DNA from: a virus
Reading direction: 5' to 3' (one strand)
DNA length: 64,000 nucleotides
Virus record (IMG/VR): IMGVR_UViG_3300047494_000058
Coordinates: 1-64,000 of that record
The translations under genes were made by a program, and so were the position numbers. Below the pieces are notes generated by a model. That model ran no database searches, was not told the origin of the DNA, and was given only the letters and a program-made list of their open reading frames with translations. Shown in pieces: positions 17,394 to 26,878 of the stretch (within the stretch, counting starts at the first letter, position 1; each line of letters begins with the position of its first letter).

Positions 17394-18872
17394 ATGTCTA
17401 ATCCCGGACTTTCAGTCAGCGACGTCGTCGGCGTCAGCGTCTCGCTTTCCCCGACGCCCGCGCAGCTGCGCAGCTTTGGGTCGGCTCTCATCCTCGGCGA
17501 CTCGGACGTCATCGACACCCAGACGCGGTACCGCACTTACACCGGCATCACCGGCATCGGGGCCGACTTCGGCACCAACAGCCCGGAGTACGCGGCGGCG
17601 CTGGAGTTCTTCGGTCAGACCCCGCAGCCCTCGGTGTGCTATGTCGGGCGCTGGGCGCGCACCGCGACCCACGGCACCTATGTGGGCGCCACCCTGGGTA
17701 GCGCTGCACAGGTCATCAGCAACTTCAACGCCATCACCAACGGCGGCGTCAACATTACGGTAGACGGCACGCTGCACGCACTGGCCGCCATCTCGCTGGT
17801 CGGCGTGTCGAACCTCAACGCGGTGGCGTCGGCGCTGCAGACGGCGCTGGCCGGCGCGGCTACCGTCGTCTGGGACTCGAACAACAACCGGTTTGTCGTT
17901 AAGTCCACGACCAACGGCTCGGGCTCCTCGGTCAGCGCGGCGCAGGTCGGCACCGGCACCGACCTGTCGGTCATCATGGGCCTGAACTCCTCGGTGCTGG
18001 GCGGGTACTCGGTCAACGGAATAGCGGCCGAAACCCCGCTCGCCGCGGCCCAGACCCTGGCGGCGCTCACCAATGCCTGGTACGGGCTCACGTTCTCGGC
18101 CTCAGTCCAGCCGGCCGACGCCGACTACCAGGCGGTGTCCGCCTTCATCCAGGCTTCCTCGCCAGCCCGCGTGTTCGCGGTCACCACCCAGGAGGCTAAT
18201 GTCCTCACGACCGGCGTCAACACGGATATCGCATCGGTGCTGACGGCCAACCGTACGTTCGTGCAATACTCCTCGTCCAGCCCGGTGGCGGCAGCTGCGG
18301 CCCTGGGACTCGCGTTCAGTACCAACTTCAACGGCGCCAACACGCTGTACACCCTGATGTTCAAGCAGGAGTCGGGCGTCCTGCCCGAGACCCTGACCGA
18401 GGCACAGTCAACCGAACTCCAGGCCGCGTACGGTAACGTGTTCGTGAATTACAACAACGGCGTGGCGATCCTGCAGAACGGCACCATGTCGGACGGTACG
18501 TTCTTCGATGTGATCCACGGCACCGACTGGCTGCAGAACGCGATCCAAACCGCGATCTTCAACCTGCTGCTCACCAGCCGCAAGATCCCGCAGACCGACG
18601 CGGGCGTGAACCAGATCGTATCGGTCGTCACCAACGTACTGGATCAGGCCGTGACCAACGGCCTGCTGGCGCCGGGCACCTGGACCGCGGCACCGTTCGG
18701 TGCCATCGTCACCGGGCAGTATCTCACCGCCGGATACTACGTGTACGCCCCGCCCATCGCGACCCAGTCCCAGGCCGCCCGTGCGGCCCGGCAGGCCCCC
18801 GTCCTCACCATCGCGGCCAAGCTCGCAGGCGCGATTCAGAGTGCGAACGTCATCGTCAACGTCAATCAATAA
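17394..18872 (+). CDS. Contractile tail sheath protein (DUF3383 family)
   Basis: DFG..SPEY.AA..FF.Q.PQP..YVGRWA, TLMFKQE.GV and G.DWLQN..KIPQTDAG motifs. Confidence 0.92.
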   Translation: MSNPGLSVSDVVGVSVSLSPTPAQLRSFGSALILGDSDVIDTQTRYRTYTGITGIGADFGTNSPEYAAALEFFGQTPQPSVCYVGRWARTATHGTYVGATLGSAAQVISNFNAITNGGVNITVDGTLHALAAISLVGVSNLNAVASALQTALAGAATVVWDSNNNRFVVKSTTNGSGSSVSAAQVGTGTDLSVIMGLNSSVLGGYSVNGIAAETPLAAAQTLAALTNAWYGLTFSASVQPADADYQAVSAFIQASSPARVFAVTTQEANVLTTGVNTDIASVLTANRTFVQYSSSSPVAAAAALGLAFSTNFNGANTLYTLMFKQESGVLPETLTEAQSTELQAAYGNVFVNYNNGVAILQNGTMSDGTFFDVIHGTDWLQNAIQTAIFNLLLTSRKIPQTDAGVNQIVSVVTNVLDQAVTNGLLAPGTWTAAPFGAIVTGQYLTAGYYVYAPPIATQSQAARAARQAPVLTIAAKLAGAIQSANVIVNVNQ

Positions 18873-18888
18873 TCGGAGTCCCTGATCC

Positions 18889-19329
18889 ATGGCTACTTAT
18901 AGTTTCAACGACGTCGTGGCGTCCATCGCCGGGCCGACCGGCATGATATCGCTGGGCTACGGCAATGCCGTGGCCGATGAGGGCATCTCGGTCGACATGG
19001 CCGGTGACAAGAACACCATGACCATCGGCGCCGACGGCTCGGTCATGCACTCCCTGCACGCCGATCGCTCGGGCCACGTGACCCTGCGCCTGCTCAAGAC
19101 GTCGCCGCAGAACTCGCTCCTGCAGGCAATGTACGACGCGCAGACGGCGTCCGCGGCGCTGCACGGCACGAACACCATCACGGTGTCGCATGCGGTGTCG
19201 GGCGACATCACGACCGCTTCCACCTGTGCGTTCAAGAAGAAGCCCAACATCAAGTATTCCAAGGACGGCGACGTCCTGGAGTGGCAGTGGGACGCGGGCA
19301 AGATTACCACGGTCCTGGGCACGTACTGA
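18889..19329 (+). CDS. Tail tube protein (DUF3277 family)
   Basis: TYSF.DV.ASI.GP.G, EGI...KNTMTIGADG.VMHSLHA and LLKTSP.N motifs. Confidence 0.9.
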   Translation: MATYSFNDVVASIAGPTGMISLGYGNAVADEGISVDMAGDKNTMTIGADGSVMHSLHADRSGHVTLRLLKTSPQNSLLQAMYDAQTASAALHGTNTITVSHAVSGDITTASTCAFKKKPNIKYSKDGDVLEWQWDAGKITTVLGTY

Positions 19330-19361
19330 TTCATCCGTCTTCTTAGGGGTTCTACAACAAA

Positions 19362-19838
19362 ATGGCTACACCTGACGGCGCACGGGCGCCCACCGAGTTC
19401 ACGTTCGGTGATCACCAATATCGCATTCTCAAGCTGTCGGCGATGAAGCAGCTGCACCTGAGCCGCAAGATCGCGCCGCTCATTCCGCCCCTGGCTCCGG
19501 TCCTCGCCAAGGTCTCGACCTCGCGCGACGACCGCCAGGGGCTGGTGGACATGGTGCAGCTGATGGGGCCGTTCGCGGAGGGCCTAGCGGAGCTTTCGGA
19601 CGAGATCTCCGAATACGTGGTCAACATCTGTATGGACGCGGTCCAGCGCGAAGTATCCCACAACGTATGGATGCGGGTGTGGTCGGCCGACTCCACCTCA
19701 CAGTTCCCGGAGCTCAACGACCTGGGGAACGTCCTGCAGCTGGTGGCCAAGGTCATCTGGGACGCCCTCGGCCCTTTTATACAAGGACTGCTTACCGACC
19801 AGCCGTCCGTGACTCCAGCCAAGACCCCGGAGCTATAG
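19362..19838 (+). CDS. Tail assembly chaperone
   Basis: YRI.KLSAM.Q.H.SRKIAP motif. Lies between the tube and tape measure genes. Confidence 0.85.
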   Translation: MATPDGARAPTEFTFGDHQYRILKLSAMKQLHLSRKIAPLIPPLAPVLAKVSTSRDDRQGLVDMVQLMGPFAEGLAELSDEISEYVVNICMDAVQREVSHNVWMRVWSADSTSQFPELNDLGNVLQLVAKVIWDALGPFIQGLLTDQPSVTPAKTPEL

Positions 19839-20017
19839 CCTACGACACGCTGCCCGGCGGCGAGGACTGGCTGCTCACTCCGGTGGCCGAGGGCATGTGT
19901 AAGTATGAGTCGCTCATCGACGGCACGCTCGACATCTGCGACGTCGCCCTCATGAATGAGGTACTCATGGTACGTGCAATTAACCGCAACCGGCCCCGGC
20001 CAACCGACGAGACCTGA
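19772..20017 (+). CDS. -1 frameshift extension of the tail assembly chaperone
   Basis: Slippery C CCT TTT at 19772-19778. The -1 frame is open to 20017 and encodes LPGGEDWLL.PV..G.C.YESL.DG..D..D.A.MN. Confidence 0.7.
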   Translation, partial: PFYTRTAYRPAVRDSSQDPGAIAYDTLPGGEDWLLTPVAEGMCKYESLIDGTLDICDVALMNEVLMVRAINRNRPRPTDET

Positions 20018-20020
20018 CGT

Positions 20021-21865
20021 ATGGCCGATGAAAACGTACTCAAATCGTTCCTCGTTAAGGTAGGCTTCAGCCACGACGAGGCTGCACTCACCAAGATCGA
20101 GAAGGGCATCGGCTCCGCGACCAAGGTGGTGGTGGGGTTCGCAGCGGCGGTCGAGGCCGCGGCCGACGCCGTGTTCTACGGCGTGGCGCGCTTCGCCAAC
20201 AGCTTGGAGAACCTGTACTTCGCGTCGATCCGGACTGGCACGACTGCGGCGAACTTGAAGGCCCTGGACCGGGCGTCCATGAGCTTCGGCACTGCGGCCG
20301 GCGAGGCGCTGGCCTCCGCGGATGCGCTGGCGCGGTTCTTCCGCAACAACCCCGGCGGCGCAACCTGGCTCAACGCCATGCTCGGTCAGGTGGGCGAGTC
20401 CGCGTTCGACAGTAAGGGCCAGGTGCGGTCCATCGAGGAGCTTGAACTCGCGCTGGGCAAGCTGTTCGCGCGTAACACGCGCGGCGGCCAGGGGTTCCTG
20501 AACACGCAGATTGCCGACATGATCGGCATGAGCGAAAAGCAGATGCTGGCGATCCAGTCGCCGGACTACGCCCGCAAGCTCGCCGAGGAAAAGGCGTACA
20601 TGCAGTCGTCGGGCCTTAACGACGCGGCCGACGGCGCGCACCGGTTCAACGAATCACTGCGCCGGCTCGATGACCAGCTATACGTGTTTGGCGTGCGCGT
20701 GGTCGACGTCCTGGAGAAAAAGCTCGGCTTCTCGCTCGACAAGGTAACGCAGTGGTTCGTGTCTAACGGCCCATGGCTCGCGAACGAAGTTGTCCGCCTG
20801 GTCGGTGCCTGGATTGATGAGTTCAACCGCTTCCTGCAGTGGGTCACGACCAACTGGCCGCGCATTAAGGCGCACATCATCCAGACCCTGTTCGAGATTA
20901 ACTGGGCGTGGCAGATGCACGTCAAGCCCGCGCTCGAATGGATGATCACCAAGTTCGAGCAGATGGACCAGAAGACCGGCGGCTGGTCGACTACTCTGAT
21001 CGGACTGTTGCTGGTCCTCAAGGAACTGGGCGCGACCCCGATCATCGCCGGCATCCTCGGACTTGGCCGCGCCATCACCGGCCTGGGGACCGCGGGAGCG
21101 GCCATCGGCACGGGCGGCGTGCTGGGATTCCTCGGGCTGGCCGGCGTCGCTGCCGGCGTCATGGGCGTGGGCGAGTGGCTGCGGCAGAAGCTGGGCATCC
21201 CGTCCGAGGCCGAGATGGTATCGGGCGCCTGGAACGTCATCAGCAACCCGGGCCAGACCATCGAGAATGTGGAGAAGTGGTGGGCCGGCTTCCGTAACCC
21301 TGCGGTCAAGTACAGCAACATGCTGCAGGCGCAGGGGTTGTCCAAGTCCCAGGCCGACGGCCTCACCTCCAACATCCTGACCGAGTCGTCCGGCGACAAG
21401 GACGCGATGAACACGGTAGTCGACCCCAAGACGGGTAAGAAGAAATACTTCATGGGCCTGTTCCAGCTGGGCCTCGGCGAGCAGCAGGAGTATTACAAGC
21501 AAATGGGGCGCCGTATCGACGGGCCGTTCGGCATGGATTCGGCCGAGAACCAGATCGCGTTCATGATGAAGCGTATGAAGCAGATCCCCGGACTCATGGA
21601 GGGGCTGCAGGCGCACCAGGGCGACGGCGCGTATAACGCGGCCTGGAACGCGGAGTTCTTCAACCACATGTACGAGAAGCCCGGCAACTATGCGGTGGAA
21701 GACCCCAAGCGTGCCGGCCGCGCGATTACGATCAACCAGCACACGGACGTCACGATCCACGCGCCCAACAAGGACGTCGCCGAGAGCGCGGTTGACCGGT
21801 TCCGCCGGCAGCTGAACACCGATGCCATGACTGCGATACGCCAGGCCGCAGGGGCGACGCAGTAA
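20021..21865 (+). CDS. Tape measure protein with C-terminal phage-tail-lysozyme-like domain
   Basis: N-terminal LKSFLV.VGF and a helical body. The lytic motif is GLS..QA.GL..NI..ESSG...N..GLFQ. Confidence 0.85.
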   Translation: MADENVLKSFLVKVGFSHDEAALTKIEKGIGSATKVVVGFAAAVEAAADAVFYGVARFANSLENLYFASIRTGTTAANLKALDRASMSFGTAAGEALASADALARFFRNNPGGATWLNAMLGQVGESAFDSKGQVRSIEELELALGKLFARNTRGGQGFLNTQIADMIGMSEKQMLAIQSPDYARKLAEEKAYMQSSGLNDAADGAHRFNESLRRLDDQLYVFGVRVVDVLEKKLGFSLDKVTQWFVSNGPWLANEVVRLVGAWIDEFNRFLQWVTTNWPRIKAHIIQTLFEINWAWQMHVKPALEWMITKFEQMDQKTGGWSTTLIGLLLVLKELGATPIIAGILGLGRAITGLGTAGAAIGTGGVLGFLGLAGVAAGVMGVGEWLRQKLGIPSEAEMVSGAWNVISNPGQTIENVEKWWAGFRNPAVKYSNMLQAQGLSKSQADGLTSNILTESSGDKDAMNTVVDPKTGKKKYFMGLFQLGLGEQQEYYKQMGRRIDGPFGMDSAENQIAFMMKRMKQIPGLMEGLQAHQGDGAYNAAWNAEFFNHMYEKPGNYAVEDPKRAGRAITINQHTDVTIHAPNKDVAESAVDRFRRQLNTDAMTAIRQAAGATQ

Positions 21866-22605
21866 TGGCTAACCTGGGCTCAGCCATCGGCGCGGCGCTG
21901 GTCGGCCAGGGTATTGCCGCGGGCCTCGACCTCGCGGGCGACACGCTCAACGCGGCCGGTTACGGCGGCTTCATTGACATCATCCCGACAGGCAGCCTGG
22001 GGTCGATCTCAATCCAGGCGACCTTCGAGGAGCGCCTGACCGACACGATCCAGATCACGGAACACCCGGTCGAGTCCGGCGTCCAGGTTTCGGACCACGC
22101 CTACGTGCGCAACCCCGAGGTTACGATCCGCTGCGGCTGGTCGAACTCCAACGGGTTCCTGGGCGCGCTCGGTGAGCTTGAGGGCATCGCCAGCGCGGTT
22201 AACCAGCAGCTGAACGGCGCGGGCCTGGACTTCGGCGCACTGACGGCCGACTCCTACCCCAGCGTCGGCGGCTACGTCTCCGGGATCTACCAGCAGTTGC
22301 AGGACCTGCAGCAGTCGCTCAGGCCGTTCACCATCGCGACGACCATCCGCACTTACCTGAACATGATGATGACATCACTGTCGGTGACGCGCGACCAGAA
22401 GACGAGCCAGGCGCTGATGGTAACCGCGGTGTGCCGGCAGATCAAGATGGTGTCGACCAGTTCGGCCACCCTGCCGCCGGCCAACAACATGGCCAACCCG
22501 ACCAACAGCGACACGGTAGACTCGGGAGTGCAGACCGCGGTCCCGGCGAGCGGGATTAACAGCAGCGGCGCTTATGATCCCAACGGCATCTTCCCGAGTT
22601 CGTGA
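21865..22605 (+). CDS. Baseplate/tail-tube initiator (Dit-like) protein
   Basis: EE...D..ITEHPVE.G..SDHAY..P motif and YQQL..LQ...PF.I.T..R.Y.NM. Confidence 0.8.
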   Translation: MANLGSAIGAALVGQGIAAGLDLAGDTLNAAGYGGFIDIIPTGSLGSISIQATFEERLTDTIQITEHPVESGVQVSDHAYVRNPEVTIRCGWSNSNGFLGALGELEGIASAVNQQLNGAGLDFGALTADSYPSVGGYVSGIYQQLQDLQQSLRPFTIATTIRTYLNMMMTSLSVTRDQKTSQALMVTAVCRQIKMVSTSSATLPPANNMANPTNSDTVDSGVQTAVPASGINSSGAYDPNGIFPSS

Positions 22606-22928
22606 TGCCCGCGCCCTCCGCCTACATCGTGCCGCTGCAGCCGAACCCGCAGACGTTCCAGATCACGCTGGGCAGTAATACCTACCGTTTCACGGCGCTG
22701 TGGCGTAACAATGCCTTGGGCGGCTGGTTCCTGGACATCGCAGACGCCAACAACAATGCACTGGTGAGCGGCATCCCGATGGTCACCGGCTGCGACCTGC
22801 TAGCGCAGTACAAGTACCTGAACTTCGGCGGGCAGCTGGTGGTGCAGACGACTTCGGACACCGACGCGGTGCCGACCTTCATCAACCTGGGGTCGGATGG
22901 CATGCTGTACTGGATACCCAACCCGTGA
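22602..22928 (+). CDS. Baseplate plug-like protein
   Basis: PL...PQ.F.I.L..GW.LDI.D....LV.GIP.VTG.DLL.QY.YL motif. Confidence 0.8.
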   Translation: MMPAPSAYIVPLQPNPQTFQITLGSNTYRFTALWRNNALGGWFLDIADANNNALVSGIPMVTGCDLLAQYKYLNFGGQLVVQTTSDTDAVPTFINLGSDGMLYWIPNP

Positions 22929-23932
22929 CCATAGCAGTGTCGACCATCCCGGGTACGGTCCAGTTCGGCCGCAAGTTCTCGTTTGTGGTGGGCACCACCG
23001 CGGGCGGCGGCCTCGAACTCGGCACGTTCCGCTGCGTGTTCCACATCCAGCGCGGTGACTTCCAGAATCCGAACACCTGCGACGTCCGCGTGTACAACCT
23101 GGCGCCGGCCACGGCCAACGTGTTGGCGCAGAAGGAGTTCACCCAGCTGGCCGTGCAGGCTGGCTACCCCGGCAACTACGGGCTCATCTTCCGCGGCGGC
23201 ATCACCCAGGTGAGGCTCGGACGCGAGAGCCAGACCGACTCATATGTGGACTTCACCGCGGGCGACGGCGACGAGGCATACAACTTCGCCAACGTCGTGA
23301 GCAGCCAGGTAGCGGGCGCCGATCATAACACGCGCATCCTGGGCGACATGCTCACGGCCATGGCGGCCAAGGGCGTGGCGCCGGGCGACTGCCGCGAAAC
23401 CGTATGGGGCAATGATAACAAGCCCCGCGGCGTCGTTACCTACGGCTCGGTCTGCCGGCGGCTGCGCGGCATCACGCGCGACAATGACTACATCTGGAGC
23501 ATCCAGGACGGCGTACTCAAGCTGGTACCACAGACCGCGTACCTACCGGGCGCCATCCCGTTGATCTCGCCCGACACCGGGCTCATCGGCATACCGGAGC
23601 AGACGCAGAACGGGGTCAACATGACCGTGCTGCTTAACCCCTCCATTAAGATCGGGCAGGCCATCCAGCTGGCCGACCCGCGCGGCGTCAATCAATACAG
23701 GTTCGGCGTCGGCCTGGCATCGTCGGTGTCGAACCTTAATGCCCAGCAGGCCAACAAAATCAGTAGCAACGGCCTGTACTACGTGATGGCGGCCACCCAC
23801 GTGGGCGACTCGCGCGGTAACGACTGGTACACCGCCCTGAACTGCCTGTCAATCAACGCCACCATAGCGCCGGGCGACCAGACGTACCTGCAGGCGTTCC
23901 AGGTGCCCAACGGCCCGCTCTTCAGGTACTAA
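22925..23932 (+). CDS. Baseplate hub protein
   Basis: PNT..VRVYNL, AGY.GNYG.IF.G, WSIQDG and TGLIG.PEQT motifs. Confidence 0.85.
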   Translation: MTIAVSTIPGTVQFGRKFSFVVGTTAGGGLELGTFRCVFHIQRGDFQNPNTCDVRVYNLAPATANVLAQKEFTQLAVQAGYPGNYGLIFRGGITQVRLGRESQTDSYVDFTAGDGDEAYNFANVVSSQVAGADHNTRILGDMLTAMAAKGVAPGDCRETVWGNDNKPRGVVTYGSVCRRLRGITRDNDYIWSIQDGVLKLVPQTAYLPGAIPLISPDTGLIGIPEQTQNGVNMTVLLNPSIKIGQAIQLADPRGVNQYRFGVGLASSVSNLNAQQANKISSNGLYYVMAATHVGDSRGNDWYTALNCLSINATIAPGDQTYLQAFQVPNGPLFRY

Positions 23933-23934
23933 CG

Positions 23935-24651
23935 ATGCACAGATCCGAACGCGTCCACAACCTACCGGAGATGCTGTACCAGGTCGCGCTCGCGGAGCGC
24001 TCCGACATGTGGACCGCACTACCCGGCTTCGTCGTGAAGTTTCCTGGGAGTGCGGGCGGCGCCATGACCGTGGACATTCAGCCGACGGTCAACGGTATGT
24101 ACACCGACGAGAAGGGCCTCAACCACTTCCAGCGCATGCCGGTGCTGCTCGACTGTCCCATCGTGTGGGCCGGCGGCGGCGGCGCCACGCTCACGTTCCC
24201 CATCACCGCGGGCACGGAGCAAACCGGCGACGAGGCCCTCGTGATCATAGCGTCGCGTGCCATCGACAGCTGGTGGTACCACGGCGGCATCCAGAACCCG
24301 GTGAGCCTGCGCATGCACGACCTGTCGGACGGGTTCGCGATCATCGGGCTCAAGTCACTGCCCAGATCGTTCGCCGTCGACACCTCGAACGTGTGCCTGA
24401 CGTCCAACGACCTGCAGACTTATGTCAAGATGAGCCCGGCCGGCAAAACCGTGGCGATCCAGGCCAGCAACGGCATCAATCTCAACGGCGTCACCATCGA
24501 CTCGGCGGGCAATATCGGCAACGTGAAGAATTTGACCGGCGCGGGATCGGGAGCCGTCACCGGCTTTACCGACGCGTCGAACACGGCGAACACGAGCCTG
24601 ACGACCCACTATCACACGGCGGGCGGACCTCCCCCGATACCGGGGAGCTAG
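23935..24651 (+). CDS. Baseplate central spike (Gp138-like)
   Basis: WTALPG, GGG.TLTFPI..GDE and R.HDLSDGFAI motifs, with a C-terminal HxH iron-binding tip (THYH). Confidence 0.88.
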   Translation: MHRSERVHNLPEMLYQVALAERSDMWTALPGFVVKFPGSAGGAMTVDIQPTVNGMYTDEKGLNHFQRMPVLLDCPIVWAGGGGATLTFPITAGTEQTGDEALVIIASRAIDSWWYHGGIQNPVSLRMHDLSDGFAIIGLKSLPRSFAVDTSNVCLTSNDLQTYVKMSPAGKTVAIQASNGINLNGVTIDSAGNIGNVKNLTGAGSGAVTGFTDASNTANTSLTTHYHTAGGPPPIPGS

Positions 24652-24652
24652 C

Positions 24653-25012
24653 ATGCGATACCGTCAGCTGGGCCTCGGCGGCGACTACACGGTCGACACG
24701 CCGTTCCTTATAAACTCGCCCGCGTGTGTCGCTCAGGCGATCCTCACGCGCCTGAAGCTGTTCCTGGGCGAATGGTTCGTGGACACCACCGACGGGACGC
24801 CCTGGTTCCAAAGCATCCTCGGCAAGAACTACAATAACCCGGACGCGCTCATCAAGCAGCGCATCATAGGCACACAAGGGGTGACCTCGATTGCCACATA
24901 TTCAAGCTCCTTTAACGGCCCGACGCGGGCGCTCACGGTGAACACCACGGCGAATACGCTGTACGGGATCACTGCCCCGGTCATTGTCTCACAGATATTG
25001 CCCACGGTCTGA
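24653..25012 (+). CDS. Baseplate wedge / sheath initiator (gp25-like)
   Basis: MRYR.L...GDY..VAQAI.TRL.LF.GEWF.DTT.GTPW motif. Confidence 0.85.
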   Translation: MRYRQLGLGGDYTVDTPFLINSPACVAQAILTRLKLFLGEWFVDTTDGTPWFQSILGKNYNNPDALIKQRIIGTQGVTSIATYSSSFNGPTRALTVNTTANTLYGITAPVIVSQILPTV

Positions 25013-25017
25013 CCTCT

Positions 25018-26190
25018 ATGGCATCCAAGTACGCCCCTGTGATCACCGCTGCCGGCATCACCTCGAACACCTTCGCCCAGAACCTGGCATACCTCACGGC
25101 GGACTACCAGACGATATTCGGGTCGGATGTCTACCTGGGGAATGACTCCCAGGACGGCCAGTTCATCGCGATCCTGGCCCAGGCGTTTACGGACCTCGGC
25201 GACGCGGCGGTGGCGGTGTACAATTCATTCAGCCCGGCCACCGCGGTCGGCGCCGGCCTGTCGTCCATTGTTAAGCTCAACGGCCTGGGGCGCCTGGTCC
25301 CGTCGTCGTCCACGGTCGGGCTCACCATCGTGGGCGTCGCCGGCACACAGATCTACAACGGGCAGGCCCAGGACACCGCCGGGAACCTCTGGAACCTGCC
25401 TCCCGTGGTCGTGATCCCGACATCCGGTACCATAGTAGTGACTGCCACCGCAGCGACCACGGGAGCTATTTCCGCGGCGACGGGAACCATCACGAAGATA
25501 GCGACCGCGATCTACGGCTGGCAGACGGTAACGAACGCGTCGGCCGCGGCCATCGGTGCCCCGGTCGAGATCGACGCGCAGCTGCGGGTGCGGCAGTCGA
25601 CCTCGGTGTCGCTGCCGTCGCTCACGATCTTCGAGGGCATCCAGGCGGCCATCGCCAACCTGACCGGCGTCACCCGCTCGCGCGGCTACGAGAACAACAC
25701 CGGCACGACCAACAGCAACGGCATCCCGCGTAACACCCTGTACTTCGTGGTCGAGGGCGGCGCGCAGTCGGATATCATCAATGCGATCGCGTCCAAGATC
25801 ACGCCGGGTATCGGCACCCAGGGCTCGATCAGCCAGACGGTGACCGACAGCTATGGCTCGACGCGGCTCGTTAAGTTTGACACGCCGACTGAGCAGACTA
25901 TCCAGGTCGCGATCACGGTCCACCCCCTGAGCGGCTGGTCGTCGACCACGATCCCGGTCATCCAGGCCGCGGTGGCGGCCTACCTGTCGAACCTGCCCAT
26001 CGGCACCAACGTAAGCTATACCGGCATGTTCCTGCCGGCGTACCTGCCGGGGACGATCTATGCCGGCACCTTCAGCATCACGTCGCTCACCCTGCAGGGC
26101 TCGGGCGGCGCTGCCGCGGCCGACGTCGCGTTGTCGTACAACACGGCCCCGGTGAGCGCGCCGGCCAACGTCACGATCACGGTGTCCTGA
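25018..26190 (+). CDS. Baseplate J-like wedge protein
   Basis: IFGSDVYL..DSQDGQ, YNSFSP.TA.G.GL and E.DA.LR.RQ..S motifs. Confidence 0.9.
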   Translation: MASKYAPVITAAGITSNTFAQNLAYLTADYQTIFGSDVYLGNDSQDGQFIAILAQAFTDLGDAAVAVYNSFSPATAVGAGLSSIVKLNGLGRLVPSSSTVGLTIVGVAGTQIYNGQAQDTAGNLWNLPPVVVIPTSGTIVVTATAATTGAISAATGTITKIATAIYGWQTVTNASAAAIGAPVEIDAQLRVRQSTSVSLPSLTIFEGIQAAIANLTGVTRSRGYENNTGTTNSNGIPRNTLYFVVEGGAQSDIINAIASKITPGIGTQGSISQTVTDSYGSTRLVKFDTPTEQTIQVAITVHPLSGWSSTTIPVIQAAVAAYLSNLPIGTNVSYTGMFLPAYLPGTIYAGTFSITSLTLQGSGGAAAADVALSYNTAPVSAPANVTITVS

Positions 26191-26191
26191 C

Positions 26192-26866
26192 ATGTCATGG
26201 TCAGCCGACAGCGGCGACATTACAGCCGACAGCGGCCTGGTCACCGCCGATGGCGCATACCTCACGAGCCCGACTGCGGCGCCGTACCTCGGGCTGATCA
26301 CCTCCGAACACCGCTTTCAGCCCAAGTTCGCCGCACTAATGGCAGTGCTGCTGAGCGCTGTGGGCGACACGACCGCGGTCATCAACTCGATGCCGGGTAA
26401 GTTCGACCTGGATACGGCAGTCGGCAACCAGCTGGACATCGACGGCGCCTGGGTCGGCCAGGACCGCGTCATTACGCAGGTGCTGCTGGTCGAATTTTTC
26501 GGGTTCGCGGACGACCAGGCGGCGCTCACCATGGGCGAGCTTACCAACCCGACCATCGGCGGCGTGTTCTACGAACTCGGCGCCACGTTCGCGCAGTCGA
26601 CCACGCTGTCGGACGACGACTACCGCACTATCATCCGGGCGCGCATCGTCCGCAACCAGGCCAACGGCACGCTGTCGGACCTGGAGGCCGCGCTGGAATA
26701 CATCTTCCAGGTGCCCTGCGCAGTGGCCGACATCGGTGACCAGTCCCTTGCCATCGAAGTCTCGGCCCCGATCACGCAGACCCAGGAGGCGCTGCTCAAT
26801 ACGCTCGACATATTGCCGCGACCAGCCGGTGTTGCCATCGGCTCGATCACGTACTCCCCACTATAA
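26192..26866 (+). CDS. Baseplate wedge protein (DUF2612 family) with N-terminal TAD(S/G) repeats
   Basis: LITSEH...PKF, FDLDTAVG.QLD..G.WVG, L.DDDYR..I.A.I..N and P.PAGV motifs. Confidence 0.85.
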   Translation: MSWSADSGDITADSGLVTADGAYLTSPTAAPYLGLITSEHRFQPKFAALMAVLLSAVGDTTAVINSMPGKFDLDTAVGNQLDIDGAWVGQDRVITQVLLVEFFGFADDQAALTMGELTNPTIGGVFYELGATFAQSTTLSDDDYRTIIRARIVRNQANGTLSDLEAALEYIFQVPCAVADIGDQSLAIEVSAPITQTQEALLNTLDILPRPAGVAIGSITYSPL

Positions 26867-26878
26867 CGAGACTCTTGA

